Shown here piece by piece: positions 13,310-27,689 of a DNA stretch of 64,000 nucleotides. Position 1 is the first letter of the stretch, and the number at the start of each line of letters is the position of its first letter. This DNA comes from Mobula hypostoma (taxonomy: Eukaryota). A program made the position numbers and the translations under genes. Below the pieces are notes generated by a model. The model made no database searches, was not told the origin of the DNA, and worked only from the letters and a program-made list of their open reading frames with translations. The DNA is taken from contig NC_086108.1 of assembly GCF_963921235.1 (NCBI RefSeq), positions 5,456,001-5,520,000 on the forward strand, read 5' to 3'.

Positions 13310-13951
13310 TACACTGGTTAAATTCCGTCATCAAGGTCTCCCACCATCCAGGCCATGCTCTCTTCTCGCTGCTGCCATTGGGCAAAAGGTAGGTCCCTAC
13401 ACCCAGCAGGCTCCTGAACCAGCATGAATAACTTCACTCACCCTAACTATGATCCAACTCCACAACCTACAGACTCACTTTCAAGGACTCTACAACTGAT
13501 GTTCTCAGTATTATTTATAACTTGTTTATTTATTTACTAATATTTTTGTATTGCAGTTAGTTTTCTTTTGCACATTGGTTGATTGTCAGTCTTTGTGTGC
13601 AGTTCTTCACTGATTCTATTGTATTGCTTTGTATCTACTGTGAATGCCCACAAGCAAATGAATCTCAGGGTAGAATATGGTGACATACATGTAATCACAG
13701 AAAAGGACAGCATAGAAACAGGCCATGGGGCCCTTCTAGTCCATGCTGAACTATTTAAACCACCTACTCCCAACAACCTGCACCGTGACCCTAGCCCTAC
13801 CATCCATGTGCCTATCCAAACTTCACCTAAACATTGAAATCGAGTTAGCATGCACCACTTGTTCCACACTCTCACAACACTGGAACTTTGAGCTGCCAAT
13901 CCTGCAACCAAGCCCCACTGATGGCTCCAATAGCATAATTCCAAATACCTA

Positions 13952-15590
<1,639 letters not shown>

Positions 15591-17362
15591 TACACGTTGG
15601 TTCCTTAAGGCTGTTACAAACTGGGAGGGGTTGCTAATGGGGATAAGGTCTCAGTACGCATTAAGTGCTCCCAATGGTGTCCTTGGCAGGTTAAGGAGCA
15701 AATAACCTTGGCTACTAAGCCCTGGCAGGACCATTTCTACTGACAGAAGAAGGGGCGAAGGCAGGTTACTGGCACCTTAAAACCAGTTGCTTTGGGCAGA
15801 TGGGGCTTCTCAGCCGTGGTTATCAGCTCATCCAGGAGAAGGAAACTCTGAGCTCAAACTTCTGCTGCCTTGCGGCTACACCCACTCACAGAGAAGGCTT
15901 TGGGAGTAAACCCCCAGGGAAAAAAATCGGAGTTGGAATGTGTAAGACAATCCTACACTGTGCTTAGCTGACTGGCAAGTCCTGCGACGCTGCAGGTAAC
16001 AGACTCTATCATCCTCTGCCATTCCTTTGGGTTCATCAGATGTGTGGCGAGGGGGAAACTTGCTACATGAACAACAGTTGCTCTCCATATTGTACAGCCC
16101 AGGCTTGTGTATGTCGATAGCTAGGATGCAACATCCAGGGTGAACCCTGACCAACAGAGGCCTCATATCATATATCATACCTATATGTCGCCATCTACTA
16201 CGTTGAGATTCATTTTTGTGCAGGCATTTGCAGGCAAATAAAGAAATACTATAGAATTTATTTTAAAAAATCTGCAAGTAACAAGACTGACAAACAACCA
16301 ATATGCAAACGAAGGCAAATCATAAAAGAAAGTAAATAAATATACTGAGTTGTAGAGTCTTTGAAAGTGAGTCTGTTGGTTGTGGATCAGTTGAGAGTTG
16401 ATGTGAATGAAGTTACCCACACCGGTTTAGGAGCCTGATGGTTGAGAGGTGTGGGACCCAAGGCTCCTATACCTCCTGCCCGATGGTAGTAGAGAGAAGA
16501 GAGCATGCCCTGGATAGTGGGGGGTCCCTGATGACGGATGCACATCGCAGGGTGTCTTCACAGGAAAGTAGCACTCATCAAGGACCTGCACCACCCAGGC
16601 CACGCTCTCTCATCGCTACTGCCATCAGAAAGGAGGTACAGGAGCCACAGGACCCAAACCGCCAAGTTCAAAGACAGCTCTTATTCCTCAACCATCAGGG
16701 TCTTGAACCAAAGGGGATAACTTCACTCGCCCCATCACTGAACTGTTCCCACACACTATGGACTCACTTTCAAGGACTCTTCATATCATATTCTGATATT
16801 TATTGCTCACTTATTTATTACTGAACAGCTCGCTCTCCATATTGTACTACGCAGGCAGCCAGGACGCAACATCCAGTCGACCGTGACCAATGGGGGCCTT
16901 ACATTTATTTATTATTATTATAAATTATTATTTATTTTAAATTATAAATTATTATTTTTCCCCTCTTTCTTTTTGTTTGTGTTTTTTTTTGCACATTGGT
17001 TGTTTGTCCGTCCTGTTGGGTGTGGTATTTCATTGATTCTATCGTGTCTCTTTGTATTTACTGTGATTGCCCGCAAGAAAATGAATCTCAAGGTAGTTAT
17101 TGGTGACATGCATGTATTTTGATAATAAATTTACTTTGAACTTTGAAAAAGGGAAGAGTATTAAGTGCTGAGCTTGTTAGTGGTATCCATGTCTAGTGAC
17201 TGAATAAAGGAATAAGCTTTAAATACCGGAACATGCTGTAATCACGGGGAACAGAAAATGACGACCCATTTATTGGTGCTAACATTTCCACAACCTGCAC
17301 TATACCTTGCTGTGTTAGCATGCAGAGGTCACCCAACAGTAAGCATGGTGTGATCACATTAC

Positions 17363-17509
17363 CTTTCGTGGCTTGTTGTTCCAGGATTTTCTTAGTTTTT
17401 GCTGTTGTCCCTTTTGGCATATTGATTATGTATTTACCTTCCATTTCCGCAGTCACTCGCCGTCGCTTTACGGAATTGTCCGGGCCGGGGTCAGCTGGTC
17501 TGGAAAGAA
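17363..17509 (-). CDS. C19orf47: C19orf47 orthologue, coding exon
   Basis: ttttggtccag|TT...AAAG|gtaatg; 147 nt, phase 1 to 1. Encodes (V)LSRPADPGPDNSVKRRRVTAEMEGKYIINMPKGTTAKTKKILEQQATK; KRRRVTAEMEGKY.INMPKGTT is the conserved block. Confidence 0.92.
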
Positions 17510-18091
17510 CTGGACCAAAACACCAAAGGTGAGTGTTATGTGCAAAAATGACAGCCAGTCAGAATCAGATTAGTATCACTGGCATATGTGATGAAATTTG
17601 TTGTATTGCGGCAGCAGTACATTGCAATACATAATAAAAAAGCTATAAATTACAATATGAAATACATAGTATAAAAACAGAGCAAAAATAAAAGTATTGA
17701 GGCAGTGTACATGGATTCTGAGTCCACCCGAAACCTGAAGGCAGAGACGAAGCTGTTACTGAATCATTGAGTGTGTGCCTTCAGGCTCCTGTACCTCCTC
17801 CCTGATGGTAGCGATGAGAAGTGGGCATGAGCTGGGTGATGGGGCGGTTTAGTGAAGGATACCAACCTTCTGAGGCATCGCCTTTTGAAGATGTCCTCGA
17901 TGCTGGGAAAGCTAGTGCCCATTATGGAGCTGGTTCAGTTTACAACCCTCTATAGCCTTTTCCAATCCTGTGCATTGGCCTTTCCATACCAGATGATGAT
18001 GCAACTAGTTATAATGCTCCTCACCGTACATCTGTAGAAATCCTCTGTTTCAAAGATGTACAATTAGGGTTTGTAAGTTGTGGCCATGCTA

Positions 18092-20572
18092 CAGTGCCTA
18101 TGAAAAGTATTCACCCCCCCCCCCAGGAAGTTTTTACGTTTTATAGTTTTACAACATTGAATCACAGTAGATTTAATTTGCGTAATTCTGATCAACGGAA
18201 AAAGATTCTTCTGTGTCAAAGTGAAAGCAGGTTTCTACAAAGTGATCTAAATTAATTACATATACAAAACAAAATAATTGATTGCATAAGTATTCACCCC
18301 CTTCAAGTCAGTATTTAGTAGATGCACCTTTGGTAGCAATTACAGCCTTGAGTCTGTGTGGATAGGTCTCTATCAACTTTGTACATCTGGACCCTGCAAT
18401 TTTTCCCCATTCTTCTGTTACTTTTAATCCTTTCATCTAAATCATTAATGTATATTGTAAATAGCTGCGGTCCCAGCACCGAGCCTTGCGGTACCCCACT
18501 AATCACTGCCTGCCATTCTGAAAAGGACCCGTTAATCCCTACTCTTTGTCTCCTGTCTGCCAACTAATTGTCTATTAAAACTGCTCAAGCTTTGTCAGAT
18601 TGCATGGGGATCGTGAGTGAATAGCTCACAAAATCTCTTGGATTGGATTGAGGTCTGGACTCTACTTGGTCACTCCAGGACATTAACTTTGGTGTTTTTT
18701 AAGTCAATCCTGTGTAGTTTTGGCTTTATGCTTGGAGTCACAGTCTTGTTGGAAAACAAATCTCTCAGGTCACAGTTCTCTTGCAGACTGCATCAGGTTT
18801 TCCTCCAGGATTTCCCTGTATTTTGCTGCATTCATTTTACCCTCTTACCTTCACAAGCCTTCCAGGGTCTGCAGCAGTGAAGCATCCCCACAGCATGATT
18901 CAATCACCACCATGTTTCACAGTAGGAAAAGGGGAGGTGCAACGAGACCTGGGTGTCATTATACACCAGTCATTGAAAGTGGGCATGCAGGTACAGCAGG
19001 CGGTGAAAAAGGCGAACGGTATGCTGGCATTTATAGCGAGAGGATTCGAGTACAGGAGCAGGGAGGTACTACTGCAGTTGTACAAGGCCTTGGTGAGACC
19101 ACACCTGGAGTATTGTGTGCAGTTTTGGTCCCCTAATCTGAGGAAAGACATCTTTGCCATAGAGGGAGTACAAAGAAGGTTCACCAGATTGATTCCTGGG
19201 ATGGCAGGTCTTTCATATGAAGAAAGACTGGATGAACTGGGCTTGTACTCGTTGGAATTTAGAAGATTGAGGGGGGATCTGATTGAAACGTATAAGATCC
19301 TAAAGGGATTGGACAGGCTAGATGCGGGAAGATTGTTCCCGATGTTGGGGAGGTCTAGAACGAGGGGTCACAGTTTGAGGATAGAGGGGAAGCCTTTTAG
19401 GACCGAGGTTAGGAAAAACTTCTTCACACAGAGAGTGGTGAATCTGTGGAATTCTCTGCCACAGCAAACTGTTGAGGCCAGTTCATTAGCTATGTTTAAA
19501 AGGAAGTTAGATATGGCCCTTGTGGCTACAGGGGTCACGGGGTATGGAGGGAAGGCTGGGTTCTGAGTTGGATGATCAGCCATGATCATAATAAATGGCG
19601 GTGCAGGCTCGAAGGGCCGAATGGCCTACTCCTGCACCTATTTTCTATGTTTCTATGTTTCTATGAATGGTGTGTTTTTGATGATGTGTGGTGTTTGGCT
19701 TACACCAAACATAGCATTTAGTCTGATGGCCAAAAAGCTCAATTTTGGTTTCATCAGACATTAGAATCTTTTCCCAGCTGACTTCAGTCTCCCACGTGCC
19801 TTCTGACAAACTCTAGCCAAGATTTCATGAGAGATTTTTTCAACAGTGGCTTTCTCTTTGCCACTCCTCCATAAAGCTGTGACTGGTGAAGCACCTGGAC
19901 AACAGTTGTTGTTTGCACAGTCTCTCCCATCTCAGCCACTGAAGCTTGTGACTCCTCCAGAGATGACTCAAATCTCTTGGCCTCCCTCACTAGTCCCCTT
20001 CTTGCACTCAGTTTTTGAGGATGGCCTGCTCTAGGCAGATTTACAGCTGTGCCATATTCTTTCCATTTCTTGATGATTGACTTAACTGTACTCCAAGGGA
20101 TACTCAGTGACTTGGAAATTTTCTTGTATTCATCTCTTGACTTGTGCTTTTCACGGAGCTGCTTGCACTGTTCTTTTGTCTTCATGGTGTAGTTATTGTC
20201 AGGATACTGACTCAACAGCAGCTGGACCTTCCAGATACAGGTGTATTTTTACAATTAATTGAAACACCTTGACTGTACACAGGTGTCCAAAAACAGATCT
20301 CCACTTAACTAATTATGTGACTTCTTATACAGGCTGCACCTGTAATGACACATATTAAGGGGGGGGGGGGAACTTATGCAATCAATTATTTTGTGTTTTA
20401 TATTTGTAATTAATATAGATCACTTAGTAGAAATCTGTTTTCATTTTGACATGAAAGAGTCTTTTTCTGTTGATCGGTGTCAAAAAAGCCAAATTAAATC
20501 CACTGTGATTCAATGTTGTAAAACAATAAAACATGAAACTTCCAAGGGGGTGGATACTTTTTATAGGCACTG
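18092..20572 (-). mobile_element. Passport-like Tc1 transposon carrying two CR1 insertions
   Basis: TA|cagtgcctat...ataggcactg|TA with ~210-bp TIRs; MKTKEQCKQLREK...YKKISKSLSIPWSTVKSIIKKWKEYGT...EFVRRHVGD. Confidence 0.88.
18924..19664 (+). mobile_element. Young CR1 LINE 3' end inserted in the Tc1
   Basis: Uninterrupted ORF2 C-terminus (LYKALVRPHLEYCVQFWSP...GYGGKAGF*), 3' UTR and (tttctatg)n tail. Confidence 0.92.
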
Positions 20573-22703
20573 TATACTGGAGACACTTGCGGGCTGATCC
20601 CAGCACATCCTTAGGCTTTGTTGGTTTTTGACACAAACAGCACATTTCACAGTATTTTTTGATGCCTGTCCAGGGAGGGGTAGCACCTCTAGGGAAGGGG
20701 TTTGTTGTGCCCATTCCTGGCAGATCACTCACTTTTGGTCCCCTCTGGACACTCAGCTCCCACCTGAAGCTCCAAGTAGCTGTTTGCACGCAACAGTGTC
20801 CTAGCATATGAAGTCAGCTCAAGCAGACTGGGCAGGTGAGATATACAGTGTGTTGAACAGCCAGGAAGTGAGTTCCGCAATGCTCTGTGGAGAGTGAAGG
20901 GCACGACAAGGCATAGAAGGAGACATCCACTGCAACCAAGGAAGTTCCCTGTTTGTAACGAATGGATACAGACATCCTAGGTCACCAAGGTCACGCTCTC
21001 TTCTTGCTGCTACCATCAGGAAGGTTGTGCAGCAACCTCAAGACTCACACCACCAGGTTCAGGAGCAGTTATTACTCCTCAGCCATCAAGCTATGAACCA
21101 AAGGGGATACCTTCATTTGCCCCATCATTGAAATGTTCCCACAACCTATGGAATCACTTTCAAGGACTCTTCATCTCATGTTAGAGATATTTACTGCTTA
21201 TTTATTTATTATTATTTCTGTTTGTATTTTCACAGTTTGTTGTCTTTTGCACAGTGGTTGAATGCCCAAGTTGGTGCGGTCTTTCATCGATTCTATTATG
21301 GATTTGTTGAGTATTGCCACAAGAAAATGAATCTCAGGGTGCACACGGTGACATGCATGCACTCTGATAATAAACTTACTTTGAAATTTGAAGAGTGGAA
21401 CTGCCCCAGTGCAATGGCTTTTCCACTTTAAAAACTCTCCCACACAGGTTTCCTGCCATTGCTGGACACCGTGGACAGCCAGCACATGTGACATTCTACA
21501 GAAAGTGAATCTAAACAACTGGCTCTGCAATAGCAAAACTACAAATGTCTACCCTTAAAAGCTGCTGCCTGGTCTGCTGCGTTCACCAGCAACTTTTATG
21601 TGTGTTGCTTGAATTTCCAGCATCTGCAGAATTCCTGTTGTTAACATCTACCCTTTTCTGGTTATTTTTAGTACTGTGTTTCAGTGGTTTGGAAAAGGGA
21701 ACTTCAGTGAAGGATGGCTCTACACGCAGCCCAGTGGGCTAGCAGTGCGGCACTGAACTGAATACCAAGCAACACACACAAAATGCTAGGGGAACTCAGC
21801 AGGTCAGGCAGCATCAATGGAAAAGAATAAACAGTCAATGTTTACAGTCGTGACCCTTCTTCAGGACTGGAAAGGAAGGGGGAAGGACACCAGAATAAAA
21901 AGGTTGGATTAGAATTGATTTATTATTGTCACATGCATAGAGAGTGAAAAGCTGGTCTTGCATACAGTACATACAGATTCCAGGGTTGAACGGCTTGTCA
22001 TATGAAGACAGTTTGATGGCTCTGTGCCTGTATTCACTAGAATTCAGAAGAATGTGGGGTGATCGCATTGAAACCTATTGAATGTTGAAAGGTCTCGATA
22101 GAGTGGGCGTGGAGAGGATGTTTCCTATGGTGGGGTAATTTAAGACCATAGGACACAGTCTCAGTATAGAGGGATGTCCTTTTAGAACTGAGATGAGGAG
22201 GAATTTCTTTAGCTGGAGTGATGAATCTGTGGAATTTAGTGCCGGGGCAGCTGTGGAGGGCATGTCACTGGGTATACTTAAGGCAGAGGCTGATAGATTC
22301 CTGATTAGTCAGGGCCTAGAGGGATACGGGGAGAAGGCCGGAGATTGGGGCTCAGAGGGGAAGTGGATTAGTCATGATGAAACGGCAGAGCAGACTCAAT
22401 GGGTCAAATGTCCTAACTTTTGCAGTTTGTACGATGTTTCTTTTGTCCCCCGCTCTGGGTGTTTGATGTTTTCTTGAACAGATTCCATGGTGTTTCTTTG
22501 TTGTGTGGGTGCCTGCGGGAGGACGGATTTCAGGGTTGTATTCTGTATACATGCTGTGATAATAAATGTACTTTGAATTGAATTGACCATTCAGTGGGTT
22601 GGTTATTCAGTCACATGTAAGATGTAAAAGAGGCTGTTCCACTTTCCTGCAGAGAGAAAGCAGAAGACTGCAGCAGACAGGATCTGCAGGAGAAAATGTC
22701 TAA

Positions 22704-22775
22704 CGCATAGCGGTGCAGTGGAAGCGTGCTGGACCCAGAACCCAGAGGTTGATGGATCGAAACCATCCTCTGCTA
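22704..22775 (+). pseudogene. tRNA-iMet-derived pseudogene (anticodon reads CAG)
   Basis: Gap-free 72-nt match to vertebrate initiator tRNA-Met (AGCAGAGTGGCGCAGCGGAAGCGTGCTGGGCCCATAACCCAGAGGTCGATGGATCGAAACCATCCTCTGCTA) with 8 substitutions, including A1>C, T8>C and CAT>CAG; no T-run terminator directly downstream. Confidence 0.88.
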
Positions 22776-23048
22776 TTCCTCAGCAGTCAGCACAAGCGAC
22801 CCAGGTTCAATTCCTGCCTCTGTCAGTAAGGAGTTTGTAATTCCTCTCCACAACCAAGAGAGCTTCCTCTTCCCCCAAAGACGCACGGGTTGAGGGCACG
22901 CTATGCTGATGCTGGAAGTGTGGTGACACTTGTGGCCTGTCCCCAGCACTATCCTCACTGATTTGATTTGACACAAATGTTTTGAATACAAGCGACAAAT
23001 AAAGCCAAAAATCTTTAAATTCGACAAGATCCCATTCCCCTTTCCTAC

Positions 23049-23177
23049 CTGCTTTCTTTGTGGCAAGCTTGTTGGCCACAGTGACAGATATTTTGGAAGT
23101 GGTCGTTTCAGGCCTCCGAACCGGAGTAGAAGGTGGGGATTCTCTGCTCAAGCTGTTGGTAATCATCCGAGAGGCAG
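23049..23177 (-). CDS. C19orf47: C19orf47 orthologue, coding exon
   Basis: ccccattcag|CT...GCAG|gtagga; 129 nt, phase 1 to 1. Encodes (P)ASRMITNSLSRESPPSTPVRRPETTTSKISVTVANKLATKKA, versus human AASRMITNSLNHDSPPSTPPRRPDTSTSKISVTVSNK. Confidence 0.93.
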
Positions 23178-24610
23178 CTGAATGGGGAAAAGCATAAACA
23201 GGGTGAACGCAGAGAGCACAGTCTTCCACCAGATGTTAACTAAGAAATAGGAACAGATTCATCCCTTTATGTAGAAATGCCTGGGACCAAGAGCAATGGT
23301 GACCCAGGATTTGATTGATTTAAGCTCCGGGCTGAATTGGAAAGGTCAGGTACGGGGCTAACCAAGGTGGTGGGAGCATATCGAAGCAACAGGGTCCGGG
23401 TCTGGGTCCAACAGTGAAGAACAACCTGAGGCCTGGATGATTTAGGTGCTGGGCCAGGTTGAAACGGGCAGGGTGTTAGGGCTGGAGGTGAAGTACGGGC
23501 CAGTTCAGCTCACTGCTCCATGAGGTTTGCTCGTCTCTGCACTGAACTAGGCTGTGGGCTGCAACCCAAGGGCTCCGGAATCGGCTGCAGTGATGACTGG
23601 CTTCATGGCTGTGGACTCACTTTCACGAACTTCAGTAGTTTGCATGCTTTTATTGTTTTTTTTCTGCACACTGGGTGTTTGTCAGTCTTCCTTTTTTTTT
23701 AAGTGGGTTCTACTGGGTTTCTTTGTTTTGTGGCTGCCTGTAAGGAGACAAATCTCAAGGTTGTATATAGTATACATACTTGGATTGTAAATATACTTTG
23801 AACTTTGAAATAGAACCCATTATTTCAGATAAAGTACGACTGATTATATTGGAATTAAATTCATGAGGTATAGACCCAGTCCTGTTACCTGCTGATTTAT
23901 TATCCACGGATCTGGATACTGAGGGGACCTCCAGCTGGTTCTGAAGGCACCAAGAAACTGGACTATGTACCTGGGGCTGGAGTTTGGGCCATTGCTGAGG
24001 TTTAGAGAATTTATATGTTTCAACACACACGATATGCTGGAAGAACTCATCAGGTCCGGCAGCATCTATGGAGGGGAATAAACAGTTGACATTTTTGGCC
24101 AAGTCCCTTCAGCAGGACTGGAGAGGGAGGGGGAAGAAGCCAAGTTTTGGGGGGGGGGGCGGGTGGTGGTAGGGTGTTAGTTATGGAAAGAGTACAAGCT
24201 AGCAGGTGATAAGTGAACCCAAGGGAGGAGGAAGGTGGTATAAAAGTGGAGGGGGAGGGCAAGGAATTTGATAAGAAACCCTCATTTCCTTTCTTTCATG
24301 ACCCACTGCCTTTTATTATCAGATTTCTTTTCCTTCAACACTTTACCTCCTCAGCTTATCCCTTCCCAGCTTCTCACATCATCTGTCTCCCCTATCCACC
24401 CACCTTCCCCTCTATCTGGTCACACCTATCTCCTGCCAGCACGGACTCCTTCCCCTCCCCCACTTCTTATTATGGCCTCTGCCCTGCTTCCTCCCCAGTC
24501 CTGATGAAGGGTTTCAGTCCGAAACATTGGCTGTTCATTCCTCTCCATAGATGCTGAGTTCCTCCAGTATTTTGTGTGTGATATACATTGGAGTGATGCA
24601 GGGTTTCAAC

Positions 24611-24790
24611 CAATGATCCCTCTAAGGTATGTGTGCACGCACACATCTTTTGCTACTAGTGCACAGACGAATTTAAGCTACGCACAAAGGAATTTAAACT
24701 GCGCACAAAAGGTTGTCACCCTCTATGCTGTTGGCATGTTTATTAGATTTCAACATATTAAAGTCATATTTCAAGTCTCAACATATTACT
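24611..24790 (+). mobile_element. Possible hAT (Tip100-like) terminal fragment
   Basis: Starts caatgatccctctaag...gtgtgcacgcacac, resembling CAGTGTTCCCTCTA-type hAT ends; no partner TIR seen. Confidence 0.35.
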
Positions 24791-26134
24791 AGATTTCATC
24801 ACTCAATCTAATTTCACTTCTTATAATATATTGCCCTGCAGCTGGTAGCAGGCCTTGCCTGTTTTCAGCTGTCACCATGAAGGGGTGCGGAAATCATATA
24901 GCCTGAAGCTCAGGGCTATCCTTTTTTGACATCTGGATATGCCATTTTTCTGTCAAAAAGTCCCGGGCTATTGCATTTCAGGTAAGTGAAATTATTTTCT
25001 TTTGATCCCTCTCTATTCACTCTTTATTTGCCCCAGAAACAGCAAAGTATTTTCCAAAGTTTTCTCATTAAAAACCCTGCAGAAAGCTTCCACCTCGGGT
25101 GATTTTTGAGGTTTTCTCACCCCCTAGCTTTGTACACAACACACTGCAAAGGCAGTAAATGGAGTCACCGCTTACTGATGTCGTCTTGTGTCTGTGCTGA
25201 ACTATTATTCTGCCTAGGTCCATTGACCAGCACCTAGACAACAGCCCTCCATAACCCTGCCATCAAGGTGCTCACCCCAACTTCACTGAAACGTTGAAAT
25301 CGAAGCCTTCCGCTGGTAGCTCATTCCACATTCCACCAAACTCGTGAGTGAAGAAGATCCCCCTCATGTTTCCTTAAACATTTCACCACCCTCTAAGTGA
25401 AGAAGTTGCCCCTCAGGCACCTCTTAAACATTTCACCTTTCACCCTTAACTGCTAATTGTAGTCTCAGCCACATCCAAGCTTAGAGACCAGTTTCCCATG
25501 CATAGCCACATCAAGGGCCTTTCTAAAGTATAAACAGACAACAGTCATAAGATATAGGAGCAGAATTAGGCCATTTGGCCCATCCATTCTGCCTGCTATT
25601 TCATCATGGCTGAAAAATTTTCCTTCTCAGTCCCAATCTCCCGCCTTCTCTCCATATCCCTTCATTCTGTAATCAAGAATCTATCAACCTCTGCCTTAAA
25701 TATACCCAATGACTTATCCTCTATAGCCAGCTGTGGCCACGAATTCCACAGATCAACCAGTCTCTGGCAAAAGAAATACCTCATCTCCGTTTTAAAGGAC
25801 ACCCCTCTATTCTGAGGCCGTGCCCTCTGGTTTTAGATTCCCCCACATAGGAAACATACTCTCAACATCCACTATCGAGCCTTTCAACATTCAATAGGTT
25901 TCAATTAGGTCACGCCTCATACTTCTGAATTTCAGTGAGTACAGGCCCAGAGTTATCAAATGTTCCTTGTATAATAACCCTTTCAATCCCAGAATCATTC
26001 TCGTGAACTTCCTTTGAACCATCGCCAATGTCAGCACATCCTTAGATAAGGGACCCAAAACTGCTCATAATACTCTAAGTGAGGCCTCATCACGGCCTTA
26101 TAAAGACTCAACATCACATCCTTGCTTTTATGTT

Positions 26135-26703
26135 CACTCATCATAGCTTGTCACACGAGACAGCCAGCCACTCTAGTGTTGTTTGGTTGATGTTGAGCAG
26201 GTCAGTGTCAGCTAAATCAGGTGAGAGTGGGCAGTTGCGCAGAACGTGTTCGATGTTCTGCACCCTTTCGCCACACTCACAGGATTCGCTGGTCTTTAAA
26301 CCCCACTTCACCATATTGTCTCCTGTCCTACAAACTCCCGCTCTCGCTCTGTTGAGAGTACACCACTTCCGTCTGTCAAGCAGTGCCCCGTCTGGTAACA
26401 TTTCTGTGGGGTCTTGCACTGTATTGTTTGGTGGGGTTCTGGCTTCTGTTTGTTGCCAGAGGTCAATCCTGTATGTTTGGGGGGGATGTTCCGTGCGGTA
26501 GTTCCTCCATTGTAGCAAAGCTTTTCCTCGATTTTAGGCGGTTGGAAACTGACTCATGATGATGTAGTGGGTGCCGTGGATCCCAGTCCTGTTTACCTTT
26601 TTCAATTTTTGTTGTAGTGTGTCTTCGGATCTCTGGGGGAGCAATGCCTGCAAGTCTGTAAATGATGTTAGTGGGTGTGGGGCGCAGTGTGCCCGTGATT
26701 ATT
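26135..26703 (-). mobile_element. Vingi/ingi-clade non-LTR retrotransposon 3' fragment
   Basis: ITGTLRPTPTNIIYRLAGIAPPEIRR, then WCTLNRARAGVCRTGDNMVKWG...CECGERVQNIEHVLRNCP (CCHC knuckle) and a TGA-repeat 3' end. Confidence 0.75.
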
Positions 26704-27344
26704 CAGCAGGCTGCAAGAAGATGAATGTAACTCTTGTTGATTGGGAGGACATCACTACCTAACTGAGTGCCTCCGTGATAAAACAGCGGTAGTCACATTA
26801 GTGCCAAAATCCATCTCTGTCACCTGCAGCAGTGAACCAGCGGCTCTCCACGGACGCAGTCCAAAGGCCTCAAAGCTGCGCTGCTGCACGACAGCGCACA
26901 TTCCACAGTCGGCTACGTGTCCCACAGCAACCAACCACTGTGAGGTCTGATGCTTCCCTGCGTCAGACACTTAACTGAGCAGTAGTGATCAAGCAGGGAT
27001 AGTGAACCAGTTGCTCGAGCATCAGCTCAGGGGCAGTCAGATCTCTTGGCAATCCTGATTCCCAGCAGACAGTGAAAACTGTCCCATGGAGGTATCAATT
27101 ACATAGAGTGAGCGAATACCACCTAGATTCTTAATTCTTCTAAAAAATAGATTTTTATTTTGAGAAATGAATTTCAAGGGCATTCACGTACATGATATAA
27201 AACTAGAACTAGAATATAAAAGGAAGGATGTAATGTTGAGGTTTTCTAAAGCACGGGTGAGGCCTCATTTGGAGTATTGTGAGCAATTTTGGGCCCCTTG
27301 TCTGAAGAAAGGATGTGTTGACATTGGAGAGGGTTCAAAGAATC

Positions 27345-27663
27345 TCCTTCTACCCTAGGCCACGAACTTATCAATCACCCCGATGAGTTATTAACTTCAA
27401 ACTTTCTGCATAATCACTCAAAGAGCTGAACTGTATATGCATCTAAAGAGAGCTGTATAACTCATCTCCTTCTACTTTAGATCATGAACTTATCAATCAC
27501 CCCCGCTGTGGACACTTTCTGGAGGTCCAAGATCCGTATGCTCCACGACCGCTGGACTAAGTGTGCAAATGTAGGAGGGGACTATGTTGAAAAATAAATG
27601 TGCTAGGTTTTCTAAAATTGACTCCTTCTACCTTAGGCCACGAACTTATCAATCACCCCTCAT
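27345..27663. mobile_element. Mariner-type MITE with three direct copies of a TIR motif
   Basis: ctccttctacc(t/c)taggccacgaacttatcaatcacccc at ~27345, ~27466 and ~27622; ends ...cccctcaTA. Confidence 0.55.
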
Positions 27664-27689
27664 ATATATTTTGCCGTTCTATGCATATA

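Noticed and set aside
22704..22775. Functional tRNA-Leu(CAG)
   Set aside because: The body is iMet, lacks the long variable arm, and has acceptor-stem and U8 lesions.
26740..27100. CpG-containing unique stretch as a possible snoRNA or extra exon
   Set aside because: No well-placed C/D or H/ACA boxes with a terminal stem, no recognisable peptide, and the gene model is complete without it.
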